Shown piece after piece: positions 42,201-51,400 of a stretch of 64,000 nucleotides of DNA. The notes under the pieces were generated by a model that was given only the letters and a program-made list of their open reading frames with translations, was not told where the DNA came from and did no database searches. Within the stretch, counting starts at the first letter, position 1; every line of letters starts with the position of its first letter. The DNA comes from Armatimonadota bacterium (GTDB lineage Bacteria > Armatimonadota > Zipacnadia > Zipacnadales > FEN-943), in contig PMZA01000195.1 in the NCBI GenBank assembly GCA_003170595.1, forward strand, positions 80-64,079, read 5' to 3'. The translations under genes were made by a program, and so were the position numbers.

Positions 42201-42736
42201 TACGGGCTGGGCATAAAGGCGGGCTCGATCTGCACGCCGTCCCACCAGACCGTGCCGCCGTTGCAGACGAGATGCGCCTTCAGTTGGGTGCAGTTGGCCG
42301 GGGTGAAGAACGACTTGGAGATGCGGGCGTAGGTGGGCTGATCGCCGGGGACGAACTGGTCGCCGCCGATGCTGTAGGAGACCAGCTTGCCGTCGGCGTC
42401 TAGACCCCAAGCGCAGAGCGCCAGGCGCACTCCGCCCTGTGCGCGGACGTAGGCCGAGAGCGTGTAGGCGGAGTTGGGCTTGCACGGGATGGGGTCGGAG
42501 TGGAGGTTGGCGCCGCCCGTGCCGCGGTTGACGACGCGGAAGCACTTCGTCCCGCGCCAGGCACCATCCTCGACAACGCCACCGTCGGAGGTGGCCGGGT
42601 CACCACGCCAGAGCTGCCAGCCGACCGCGCCCTCCTCGAAGGAGGAGTTGGGCAATAGGTTCTGGGCGTGGCAGGGCGAGGCGAGTATGACCGCGAGGAC
42701 GGCAAGGATGCTAAGGCGAAGGGCGACTTGTGTCAT
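39284..42736 (-). CDS. Gene R: 1150-aa secreted protein with two tandem CBM4_9-like modules plus a GH42-like glycoside hydrolase and trimerisation-like module
   Basis: The track ORF starts at 42793. ATG 42736 gives the signal peptide MTQVALRLSILAVLAVILASPCHA. CBM pair: NLLPNSSFEEG...VWWDGVQIE and NMLMNSGFES...VWWDDIQIE. GH42-like: YFANLDRLIAQCAEHGYKVDI, SYELVNEPA (NE acid/base), WSRWLTAKYGTIARLNDLWRTSYADF. Trimerisation-like: YRVLVAPWAINVPDGLQTKLRAWIENGGTLIALG. Confidence 0.8.
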   Translation of the reverse strand: MTQVALRLSILAVLAVILASPCHAQNLLPNSSFEEGAVGWQLWRGDPATSDGGVVEDGAWRGTKCFRVVNRGTGGANLHSDPIPCKPNSAYTLSAYVRAQGGVRLALCAWGLDADGKLVSYSIGGDQFVPGDQPTYARISKSFFTPANCTQLKAHLVCNGGTVWWDGVQIEPAFMPSPYIDGPPLSEAARRAMPVNMLMNSGFESRDFAWSFWQHDATLSSGEVDPTGGHTGPAAFHITSRDPGGANVFSRAVPCDPKTTYTISVWARVKGGHHLQVCGWALDGEGKTLSYAIDGSTALPADVPEYRRFTKTFTTQDGCTLLRAHLVCEGGEVWWDDIQIEKGDHATDYAEGQRPDNPATAYHEAAQYSAAMIREARLRDALSQARRLCGYRAAHPRIAEAKATLARAQAQVASVSAALGAPYMVPDFRHADYPRIAADSAAAEKSLSAIWRLLGVTPAIDFTSWQPSNQGLDDGRKLTDTIVFYPCFTTDRYFQKGANWDVFKPFGFRIVSGWWGAWTDDQGKPYFANLDRLIAQCAEHGYKVDICPSDAEGVRWLEKTLPPGDIYLKNAKGEWSPSGNCHDTLDIWNPRVREEGEKYLTAYGEHYRHDLRVTSYELVNEPALSIERMTHGYDSEYLGPGGYGPHAGAEWSRWLTAKYGTIARLNDLWRTSYADFASVTPPADLTPPVPMSSGQAVATGPIRDFQTFRYKSHAEHFQRIVAALKHGDPGKPVMSQIYQGFGLRKEAADDLLDMASLPDWDFLGTHDWPGAGPATDSLFAYSMRRYRWRPHWEEEFIWSQWEGKDTPEPELRAAATRNLWRQVAWGARGVSLFNLEGEWAHDSPQSWNNSMMNLEADYQIPRYATGAFPVVERKANLIKQALFSTHLTNQGVAILLSTSSVLVAQPENRAQDLGREIAADMLTRHLTPFVVPEECIVDGREDLSPYRVLVAPWAINVPDGLQTKLRAWIENGGTLIALGPIGLFDPWGKPSQGLLRSAFGDISWQYDAKAGAWRPAPAQDGVVTARLGKGTIALLAEPPDPAEKRLALVRDLVRQAVPVPSVATDLDTVELMLSENAAGERYLFAINLSRHDARTGTVAVRGKYAGVRELTLEGSPEVAVTYANGVTQVPVDLQPGDGLFFALGKDTITR
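41714..42664 (-). repeat. Tandem duplication of a ~147-aa CBM4_9-like module (period 170 aa = 510 nt) inside gene R
   Basis: Residues 25-171 and 195-341 of gene R align end to end at roughly 40-45 percent identity by eye. Shared strings include GGAN, PC.P...YT.S...R..GG, L.Y.I.G, L.AHLVC.GG.VWWD..QIE. Confidence 0.8.
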
Positions 42737-42867
42737 GGTGGGACGACCTGTTCCTCTCGAGAACTCGTAACGACTGCGGTGGGAGTCTTCCACCCGGGCG
42801 GCTTACATCCTGCGCGGCGGGACAACGTCAGGCAGGACAGGGGCGCCTTCGCCGCGAAAGGGCGGTC

Positions 42868-45549
42868 ATGCTGCGGACTATCACCCTCCTCGGCGCGCTG
42901 CTAGGCGCCGGGGTATGCGTTTGCCTTGCGGCTCCGAAGGTGCCCGCGCCCGCTCCGGTTTGGGAATACCCCATCCATGCCGACGGCGGTCTGGTCTATG
43001 ACCCGCTGCGGCGCGAGGCAGCGGCGACGGGTCAGCTTGCCCGATACGAAGGCGCCGCGAGCGACCGGCGCGAGATCAAGCTGGGACGTTTCAGGTTGAC
43101 GTGCTCTGTGCCAAGGAAGGTGCGGGCCTACGATGTCGTGCCCATCCCCTACCGCCTGACCTGGACCGAGGGTGACGGCAGCTTCCCGGTCGCGGTCGAG
43201 GCGACTGCCTTCGAGGATGCTGCCCGGCGCAAGGGAAGGGACCTCTTCGACCTGGCCCTGCCGGGGCGGCTCGGGCTGAAGGTGGAATACCTGGGATCGA
43301 TCACCGCCAACCTCCGCCCCGGCGGCCGCCATCCGATGAAGCCGGACCTGTCCGACACGCCAGCTACCTACCCCGCCTTCGACCGCAAGCCCTTCGTCCG
43401 CTCCGGCGCGATCGAGGCCGGCGACCGCGTGTGGCTCAAGTTCCGCTACACCAACACAGGCGACACCATCCTGAAGCCCGAGGGCATGGGCGGATGGCTG
43501 ATGGCGCCCCTACTCTACCGCAAGGACGCGGCCGGCAACTGGGCGATGATCGGCCAACCCTACAACCTCTACCTGCGCGACCTCACCTACATCTACCCCG
43601 GCGAGGCGCGGGAGGTATGGATCAACTTCGCCACCACCGTCCCGGGCGAGACGCCGCAGAACTTCGGCCTCGTGCCGGGCGAGTACCGCGTCCGCTTCCG
43701 CACGCTCTTCCGCTACTACCGCGACTACAGCGACTGGCTGAACATTTGGGAGGGGCGCGACATGGTGTCGTGGGAGATGCCCTTCCGCGTGTCGCCGACG
43801 GCTGAACAGATCGAGCCCGCCCCGTGCACCCTCACCCTCGACGACGGCGTCCAGCCCGATAAGATCACGCGCTGGATCCACACCTTCGAGGAGTTCATGA
43901 CGGCCTTCGATTGCCACCAGAAGGAGCCGATTGGGGAGAAAGAGATAAGGGGCACGCTCTATCTCCAGGTCGCTCCGTGGACGAAGCACGTGGTCGTCAA
44001 GCTGATCCACACGGGGCCGGTCGCGATCGCCACCGCGGAGGTGCCGGTGTCGGTGGATGCGTCGTCCCTCGCTGTCCGGTTCAACCCGCGCTGCCCAACG
44101 ACCGTCGTGCGCAACGGCCGTCGCGAGCCGGCGATCATGTCGCAGATCATGGCCGACATGCGCACCAACATCCAACTCGGCCCCTTCCCCGAGCAGCACA
44201 TCGCCGCCCGTCTCCGCGAGATGATGGACTGCGGGATCAACCTCGCCGCGACGACTAACATGCCGTGGATCTTCGACGCGCCCAAGGGCGCCTACATGTA
44301 CAGCATGGAGGACGAGACCTCCAACGAGAACGGCGACGCGCTCAAGTACGCCCTCGAGGTCGCGCGGCGCGACGGCCTGCAGATCACCGGGATGGGCACG
44401 TACCCCATCAACCGCATGGCCTTCGGGGAGATCTATGACTGGATGACGGGCCGCAAGCACACCTACGACCGCGCGTCCGTCGTCGAGATGAGCTACGCCG
44501 ACCCCATGCTGCCCGAGGTCACGACGGGGCTGTGGACCTACCTCTTCCGCCGCTGGGGCGATCTCTACTACCAGAGCGAGGACGGGCCGGTGCCCTTCGA
44601 CGCGGAGGACACGCGCGGCTGGATGCGCCAGGACGTCAACATCCGCTACCCGATCGGCACGCTGGGCAAGAAGGCCTTCCGGGCGTGGCTGCGCGAAAGG
44701 TACGGGACCATCGCCGCCGTCAACGCCGCCTGGGGCACAACCTACGCCGACTTCTCGGCCATCGATCCCGAGGCGAACCAGGTGCACAACCAGTTCGGGC
44801 ATATCTGGGAGTACACGAATCCGGCCAACCCCTTCCACGACTGGAGCCCGGCGATCGCCGACTTCGACCGCTTCCGCACGGAACTGCGCGTGCGCAACTA
44901 CCGCGAGACGCTCGAGCGGATGCGCAAGGTCGTGCCGGAGGCGACGGTAATGGTCCGTACCGAGGGGGGTAACGTCCTGGTGAGCGGGCTCGACCCGGCG
45001 ACGCCCAACCCGCATCTGCGCCACATCTACTTCAGCCAGCGACGCTGCGGACTGATCGCGGAGATCGTGCAGGCGTCGGGCGTGGTGCGCTATCACTCGG
45101 ACTACACGACGATCCCATACACGCCGTCTGAGGTGCGCGACCTGACCCGGCAGTGCATGCGGCAGGGCGTCATCCCCGCGTGGATGCCGCAGTTCGACAA
45201 CATGCGCGACATCGCGATCAACGCCAAGTACGGCACGAACTACCAGGTGCACTACAACCTTCCGGAGCCGCGCCTGGGGGCGATGATGCACGTGCTGACG
45301 GCGGCCTATCCATGGCTGCGGGCGACCTACGAGGAAGGCGGCATCCCCGGCATGCTCTGGGAGGACTATCAGTGCGACGGCTTCGCCACCGAGACGCAGA
45401 AGCAGGAGTTGCGTCTTTTCACCTCGCACCTCCGGCAGGCGACGGATGGGGCCAGACAGCCATTGATCCGACAACTCTCGCAGGCGTGGCGGCAGGGGAC
45501 GCTGGCGAAGAAGAGCTACATTCTCGGCAGAGAGAAGGTGGTTCGATGA
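42868..45549 (+). CDS. Gene S: 893-aa secreted GH42-like glycoside hydrolase with unassigned N-terminal ~400 aa
   Basis: The track ORF starts at 42730. ATG 42868 gives the signal peptide MLRTITLLGALLGAGVCVCLAAP. GH42-type motif KKAFRAWLRERYGTIAAVNAAWGTTYADFSAIDP. TVMVRTEGGN is a possible nucleophile region. Confidence 0.7.
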   Translation: MLRTITLLGALLGAGVCVCLAAPKVPAPAPVWEYPIHADGGLVYDPLRREAAATGQLARYEGAASDRREIKLGRFRLTCSVPRKVRAYDVVPIPYRLTWTEGDGSFPVAVEATAFEDAARRKGRDLFDLALPGRLGLKVEYLGSITANLRPGGRHPMKPDLSDTPATYPAFDRKPFVRSGAIEAGDRVWLKFRYTNTGDTILKPEGMGGWLMAPLLYRKDAAGNWAMIGQPYNLYLRDLTYIYPGEAREVWINFATTVPGETPQNFGLVPGEYRVRFRTLFRYYRDYSDWLNIWEGRDMVSWEMPFRVSPTAEQIEPAPCTLTLDDGVQPDKITRWIHTFEEFMTAFDCHQKEPIGEKEIRGTLYLQVAPWTKHVVVKLIHTGPVAIATAEVPVSVDASSLAVRFNPRCPTTVVRNGRREPAIMSQIMADMRTNIQLGPFPEQHIAARLREMMDCGINLAATTNMPWIFDAPKGAYMYSMEDETSNENGDALKYALEVARRDGLQITGMGTYPINRMAFGEIYDWMTGRKHTYDRASVVEMSYADPMLPEVTTGLWTYLFRRWGDLYYQSEDGPVPFDAEDTRGWMRQDVNIRYPIGTLGKKAFRAWLRERYGTIAAVNAAWGTTYADFSAIDPEANQVHNQFGHIWEYTNPANPFHDWSPAIADFDRFRTELRVRNYRETLERMRKVVPEATVMVRTEGGNVLVSGLDPATPNPHLRHIYFSQRRCGLIAEIVQASGVVRYHSDYTTIPYTPSEVRDLTRQCMRQGVIPAWMPQFDNMRDIAINAKYGTNYQVHYNLPEPRLGAMMHVLTAAYPWLRATYEEGGIPGMLWEDYQCDGFATETQKQELRLFTSHLRQATDGARQPLIRQLSQAWRQGTLAKKSYILGREKVVR

Positions 45550-48389
45550 CCGATGCTAGCGCGTGTGTGCCTGCCGTAGCCCTGCTGATCCTCGGTGTGG
45601 TGGCGCTTCAGACGCCGGCCCACGCAGCCGCTGAACCGCAGTGGATCGGGCCCGCGGGAGTTGAGCCCGGGGGCAAGGCGGTGCGCTTCGCCGGAGAGAT
45701 GGCGCTGAAGGATAAGCCGACGCGAGCCCTCCTGCGCGTCGCGGCGTGGGAGCGCTACCGGCTGATCGTGAACGGACACGGGGTCAGCGTCGGCGACACG
45801 CCCTGGGACGCGCAGACGTACGACGTCACGGGGTTGATGGCGATGGGCCCCAACCGCGTCGAGGTGGAAGCGCGCTCGACGGAGGCAGCCCCGCGCAACG
45901 GCTGGATCTGGCTGCGCCACGACCTGCCGACGGCCGGGAGCTACCGGCGCCTGTCCTTCCACACGAGCGGGGCTCGCGAGGACGAGTGGATCTACGTCGA
46001 GGTCGTGGATGATAAGGGGAACACCTCGGGACTCTACTGCCTCGAGACCGGGCACGCGGACCTGCTGCTCGGGTCGACCGGCGCCGGGGCTGACCACGTG
46101 ATCGACCTGACCACGGATCGGGCCCTAGACTACCGCCCGCATGTCGGCGACCGGCCTCTGTGCGACTTCCGGCATATCGTGACTGTAAGGCTGAGGATGG
46201 ACCAGAAGGAAGCCCTCGCCCACCCGAGCGGCGTGGTGGCCTTCGACGGGGTGAAGCTTTCCGGCGGTGGCGGGGCCGAGGCGGACCTGTCGGGCCCTGA
46301 AGGCTGGCGGATCGAGCCGGGCAGCGGTGAGCACCGGCGCACCTCGGTCGTGCCCGGACCCGACGGCCGCGGCTTCGTGCTCAAGTATGACTTCACGCCG
46401 GCGGCCGATCCGAAGATCGCGGTGGACCTGCGGGCCTGGCACGGCGCGGACGAGGTCGGGCGGCTATCGAGCGGGCTGGGATGGACAGCTGGAGGCGGGC
46501 CGGCGGCAGTGGTCGCCTCGCCGCTGGACTTCGTCTCGTGGACGCCCGTGAGTTGTGCGGGCCCTGGCGACAATACGTCACCGTCCGTGAGGGCGCTCGT
46601 GGAGATCGATCTCAGCGCCGACCGCTGCCATGAGGGTGAGAGTGCCGAGGTCCAGACAGGCGTGTGGTCCCTGGATCCCATGGCCGGGGCGCCGGTGACG
46701 GTGAGAATCGAGGATTGGGGTGGGCACAGAGTCTTCGAGCGCGCCGTCCCGGTCGCGTGGCGGGGCGCCGAGGGACAGGTCTCTCTGCGTACACCGAAGC
46801 TGACCGCCGGGCTGTACCGGGTGACGGCGACCATGCCCGGAGCAGGTCCGGCCGACCGGCATGCCGCGTTAGCGGTCCTACCGGCAGGTGCGACGCGGGT
46901 GAGCAGCATCTTCGGCAGGCTGACACCGATCCCCTCGCACCCCAACCTGCGCGGCATCGACCTCAACTGGGGCGACAGCCCCTCCCTGCTCCTGGGCCTC
47001 CGCGACCTCGGCGTCAACTTCCTGCAGGTCCACCTCGACCCGCACCAGCTCGACAACGGCGAGTTCGACGAACTGCTCGCGTTCTGCAAGGCGACCAAGA
47101 TGCATTTCGCCCTCAACAACGAGAATGCCAACTGGGTCGCCGAGAGCAAGGCACCGGATGGGCACGACCGGTTCGTGGCGCCGGGAGGTTGTCACCGCTG
47201 GGATATCGAGGCCCCGGCCCTGGACCGTGCCGCGGCGACAGGGCTGTTCGAGGGCGTGGTCTACGACGAGGGCGAGCACATGCAGTTGTGCCGCAACTTC
47301 TACGCTGACCTGCCCGACCGCGACCATCGCCGCCCCTACCTGGTCGAGACCACTGGCATGACCCTCCCGCAGGCGCGGGAGGCCTTCGAGCAGGCGGCGG
47401 CCGGCGTCGCCGCGTACAACCGCCAGCACGGCGGGCGGATGATCGTCGAGAGCGTGTTCCCGGTGCTGTGGCACCCGCTGGCCCAGGCCGGTGTCACCCT
47501 CTGCCCGAAGCTGCTCAAGGAGGACATCCACCCGGTCGTGCTGGCGATGGCGCTCGGGGCGGCGAAGGAGTATGGCACGGACCTGTGGTTCAGCCCTGAC
47601 CTCTGGTGGCTGGACAAGTTCCCGGGGCACTCGGTGGAGGAGTATGCGGCGGCCCTGCGGCTCGCCCATGCCGCTGGAGTCGACAACGTCTACACCGAGG
47701 CGATGGTCGCGCTGTGCCGGCAGCGAGGCGCGAGCTACGAACTCACGCGGTATGGGCTGGCCTTGCGTGAGTTTCACAGCGACTACGTCCCGGCTCACCC
47801 GCGGGGATACACGTATCGCGACTACGAGCCCGAAGTCGCGATCATCCGCTTCCCAGACAGCGACTGGGGACAGGGGTCGTCCTACTACTGGAAGACGCTC
47901 TACGGGGCGGAGAACCTGCCGCCCACGGCCGAGACCGGCGAGTGGCTGCAGGTGTGGGCCCTGCTCACAGGCGGGACCACCGATCCGCGGGCGGTCAACG
48001 CCAACAGCGAGGTCTACCGCGAGCGGGGCTGGCGGTTCACCTACCCGAGCGCGCCGGTGGCCGTGTATGACCACCTCGTCGGCGAGGGTCCGCTGCGCTC
48101 GGTGACGACGCTGTTCCTCTGCGGGATCGAGGTAAGTGAGAAGACGCTGTCGGCGGTGCGGCAACGCGTGAGGGATGGGGCTGCGTGCTTCTCGACCGCG
48201 CGACTTTTGCCGCCGGATGTGCGGGCAAGGGTCGGAGATCTGCCTTGCCGCATACAAGAGGGGAAGGGGGCGTGGATCGTCGTCGCCGGCTTCAAGCCCG
48301 ACGAGCTGGGCGCCTACAGGAGTCTTCTGCCTAAGCCTGGCGATGCGATGCGCCTGCGGTTCAAGGGCCGCGAGGTCGTTCCGCAGTGA
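45546..48389 (+). CDS. Gene T: 947-aa secreted protein with galactose-binding-like N-domain and unassigned barrel-like core
   Basis: The track ORF starts at 45153. ATG 45546 overlaps the stop of S (ATGA) and has SD AAGGTGG 5 nt upstream. Signal peptide MTDASACVPAVALLILGVVALQTPAHA. N-domain: RALLRVAAWERYRLIVNGHGV...GPNRVEVEA. Core: GIDLNWGDSP, NFLQVHLDP, HFALNNENANW, VVYDEGEHM. The C-terminal segment VAVYDHLVGEGPLRSVTTLFLCGIEVSEKTLSAVRQRVRDGAACF resembles GH42 trimerisation-type modules. Confidence 0.7.
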   Translation: MTDASACVPAVALLILGVVALQTPAHAAAEPQWIGPAGVEPGGKAVRFAGEMALKDKPTRALLRVAAWERYRLIVNGHGVSVGDTPWDAQTYDVTGLMAMGPNRVEVEARSTEAAPRNGWIWLRHDLPTAGSYRRLSFHTSGAREDEWIYVEVVDDKGNTSGLYCLETGHADLLLGSTGAGADHVIDLTTDRALDYRPHVGDRPLCDFRHIVTVRLRMDQKEALAHPSGVVAFDGVKLSGGGGAEADLSGPEGWRIEPGSGEHRRTSVVPGPDGRGFVLKYDFTPAADPKIAVDLRAWHGADEVGRLSSGLGWTAGGGPAAVVASPLDFVSWTPVSCAGPGDNTSPSVRALVEIDLSADRCHEGESAEVQTGVWSLDPMAGAPVTVRIEDWGGHRVFERAVPVAWRGAEGQVSLRTPKLTAGLYRVTATMPGAGPADRHAALAVLPAGATRVSSIFGRLTPIPSHPNLRGIDLNWGDSPSLLLGLRDLGVNFLQVHLDPHQLDNGEFDELLAFCKATKMHFALNNENANWVAESKAPDGHDRFVAPGGCHRWDIEAPALDRAAATGLFEGVVYDEGEHMQLCRNFYADLPDRDHRRPYLVETTGMTLPQAREAFEQAAAGVAAYNRQHGGRMIVESVFPVLWHPLAQAGVTLCPKLLKEDIHPVVLAMALGAAKEYGTDLWFSPDLWWLDKFPGHSVEEYAAALRLAHAAGVDNVYTEAMVALCRQRGASYELTRYGLALREFHSDYVPAHPRGYTYRDYEPEVAIIRFPDSDWGQGSSYYWKTLYGAENLPPTAETGEWLQVWALLTGGTTDPRAVNANSEVYRERGWRFTYPSAPVAVYDHLVGEGPLRSVTTLFLCGIEVSEKTLSAVRQRVRDGAACFSTARLLPPDVRARVGDLPCRIQEGKGAWIVVAGFKPDELGAYRSLLPKPGDAMRLRFKGREVVPQ

Positions 48390-48411
48390 CACACCCCGGG
48401 AGGCAAGGTTA

Positions 48412-51400
48412 GTGCGAACAGGATCGGCTGCGGCGATGCTTGCGGCGCTCGTAGTGTCCTCGGTGTGGGCGTTCTATCCGGCCGAGGACACGGCCGGCGG
48501 CGTCACGGTCTCCATCGGCGATGTGGGTGAAGTCAAAGCTCTCGGCAAGCCTCTCGCAGTCAGCGTCGGCATCCACAACGGCGCCCAGGCAACGGCTCAG
48601 GGGCAGGTCACCGTCAAGGTGACGGATGACTGGACGGTGCAGGCGCCCGCGACCCAGCCCTTCACCGTAGAGGCCGGCAAGGATGCGACGCTCGCTTTCC
48701 CCGTCACGCCCGGCCCCCACAGCTACGGCGCCTTCTACCCGGTGCACGCCTTCGCCGAGTTCTCCGTCGCAGGGCAGAAGCTGGTGGCTTATCCGGTTCT
48801 CCTCGCCAAAGTCGCTGACGCTGTGGGCTATCATGAGCCCTGGGCCGATCCGAAGCCGGAGGACCTCCTCGTCCTCCCGCCGGGTGGGGCCCTCGCGCTG
48901 GAGAACCATCCCTGCTGGCGGCCGGGCATCCAGATCCGCGATCAGGCGGCCCGCTCGCTGCGCGTCGGCTTCCTGGGCGGCGACGACGAGACCGGCCTGA
49001 TGATCCTCCCCGAGACCGTCGATCGCGGCGGCTATCGCAGCAGCCTCAGCCTGCACGAGCCATGGAAGCCCAGCTGGGGCACGTTGTGGCTCGACATCCC
49101 GGTCAAGCTGCCTGACGAGAACTGCCGCCTCCGCTTCTGGACCGCCCTTCGCGACAGCAAACCGGGCGAGCTGCAAAGCGACGGCGTGGAGTTTCGTGTC
49201 TACGCTTCCCTACAGGGCGCCGACGACTTCCGAGAACTCTTCCGCCGCTTCAGCGCGTCGAAGACCTGGGAGCCTGCGGACGTCGACCTCAGCGCCTTCC
49301 GGGGCAAGGCCATCACCCTCCGCCTCTGGCAGGGGCCCGGTCTCAACAACAATACGACCTGCGATCTCGCACACTGGGGCGAGCCGACCATCGTCACCGA
49401 GAGCCGGCTAAGGTCGGCAGTGGGCGAGGGCAACGCCGCCCTCCGCCAGAAGGCTCTCTTCATTGCCCGGGCCGCTCTCCATGGCAAGCCAGGCAAGGCA
49501 AGCTGGCTCCTCGACAGCCCTGCAGGCAAGCTCGGAGCGGCCATTGTCGACGGTCCGACCGGCCTCTTCGACCGATCCATCGCCTTCGCAGGGGATGGCG
49601 CGAAGTCGCTGGTATTCGACGCCTATGAAGCCGAAATCGACGGCACACCGATCGCCGGCTGGCGCAGCGAGATGACTGTCGATAGCTGGAAGGCCTCGCC
49701 AGCGGCAGGTGGGGGCCTCGTGTATGACTACGCCCTCTCGCGTCAGGGCCAGCGCATCGGCGTCCGGGTCCGCGTCTGGGCGGAGAAGGGAGGGCTGCGC
49801 CTGGCGTTTTCCATGCCCGGCGTCCATCGCGCCCTCGACGGCAGGCCCATGTTCACAAAGCTTTACCTGGGGCCAGCCTCGGCGACCGTCCGTCGCCTCT
49901 ACGCGGGCTTCGGCAACGTCTTCGTGCCCAGGGGGCCGATCGACATCTGGCCCGGCGGCTTCTATCTGAGCACCCGCCACGCCGGTGCCGACTTCCAGGG
50001 CGGCAGCGGGCCCGCAGGGCCGGCCGGCGGCGGACCCGCAGGGTCGCCTGGCCTCAGCCTCACCCAGGCCTCCAGTGTCTTCCCCGATCAGTTCCAGTGG
50101 CGGCCCACCGAGCAGAGGTGCTCGCTCGTGGCGCATGGCGACTGCACGATCACTCTCGTGCCCTCGGACCGCGGGGCCTTCGCCGCAGCCCGAGCCTTCC
50201 GCGACCTCGCCGGGTACAAGCCCACCGGCGGCCACCAGAAGCTCCTCGGGCGGATGATGATCGACCAATGGGGCGGCGACTACGCGACCGTCGCCCGGGA
50301 CCTTCGCCGCGCCGGGGCGTATGGCCTGAGCGATGCCGTCTACCTCCAGCATATCTGGCAGCGCTGGGGCTACGACTACCGCCTGCCCGACATCTACCCG
50401 CCCTCGACGGCCGGCGGCTCACGCGCCGACTTCGACGACATGGTCCGCGCCGCGAAGGAAGCCGGGATGCTCTTCGCCCTGCACGACAACTACATCGACT
50501 TCTACCCGGATGCCACGGGCTTCAATTACCGCGACATCAGCTTCACCCCTGACGGCCGCCCCCAGCGATCGTTCTTCAACACCCTCAACGGGGCGCAGAG
50601 CTACTGCTGGCTCCCCCACGCGTTCCTGCCGTGGCTCGAGAGCAACGTGAAGCTCGTCCGCGACAACATCGGCTGCGCCGCCTACTTCCTGGACGTCTTC
50701 GCGTCGTGCCCCGTGGTCGACTACTACGACCAGGCCGGGCGGTTCTATACCAAGCAGCAGTGCGCCGATGCCTGGGGCAAGGCCTTCGATCGCATCCGGG
50801 AGATCCTGGGCAACGACGCGCCCACCATCAGCGAGTCCGGCCACGACGGCCTTATCGGCCACCTCGACGCCGGGGAGGCCGACGGGCTCGCCGGCAACAC
50901 TTGGACGCCGAACGCCAGCGACTACGAGCGCGTGCCCTGGCATGACATGGCCTCGCACGGGGTGTTCACGCTCTTCGCCGGCGGGATAGGCGAGCGGTAC
51001 GACTCCGACCCCTCCCACGGCTACGGCACCGATGACTATCTCTGCACCACAGTCCTCGGCGGACGCAACCCCATGTGCGACGGCCCCTGCAACCGCGGCA
51101 CGGTCGCGACGTACTACCTGCTTCACGACGTCTGCGACCGGCTTGGGCGGGCGTCGCTGGAGGCCGACGAGTTCGTGGGCGACGACATCCATCGCCAGCA
51201 CACTACGTTTGGCGACCGACCTTCGGTCGGTCGCTGGGGCGGCGGGCAGGTCTGGGCCAATCGCGGCGCTACGCCGTGGCGCGTCGAGGGTATCACGCTG
51301 CCGCAGTACGGGTTCGTTGCACGCGCAGGCGACCGGTCGGCGGAGATAGTGCTGCGCGATGGCATCGCCGCCCGCATGGCCACCTCGCCGGGCATGCTTT

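Noticed and set aside
43510-45474. 654-aa minus-strand ORF (similar cases at 53312-55216 +, 15256-16935 +, 39761-41380 +, 46878-48392 -, 45516-46097 -)
   Set aside because: All are antisense to well-supported genes (S, V, G, R, T), have biased R/A/G/V/H/P composition and lack start-site signals. I treat them as GC-bias artefacts.
45153-45545. 5' extensions of genes T (from 45153) and U (from 48175), and likewise S (42730), R (42793), P (38417), M (30401), V (55393), X (60128), F (9700)
   Set aside because: Each extension overlaps the upstream gene or a divergent intergenic region. It encodes low-complexity Arg/Gly-rich sequence and precedes an internal start that has an SD and a signal peptide.
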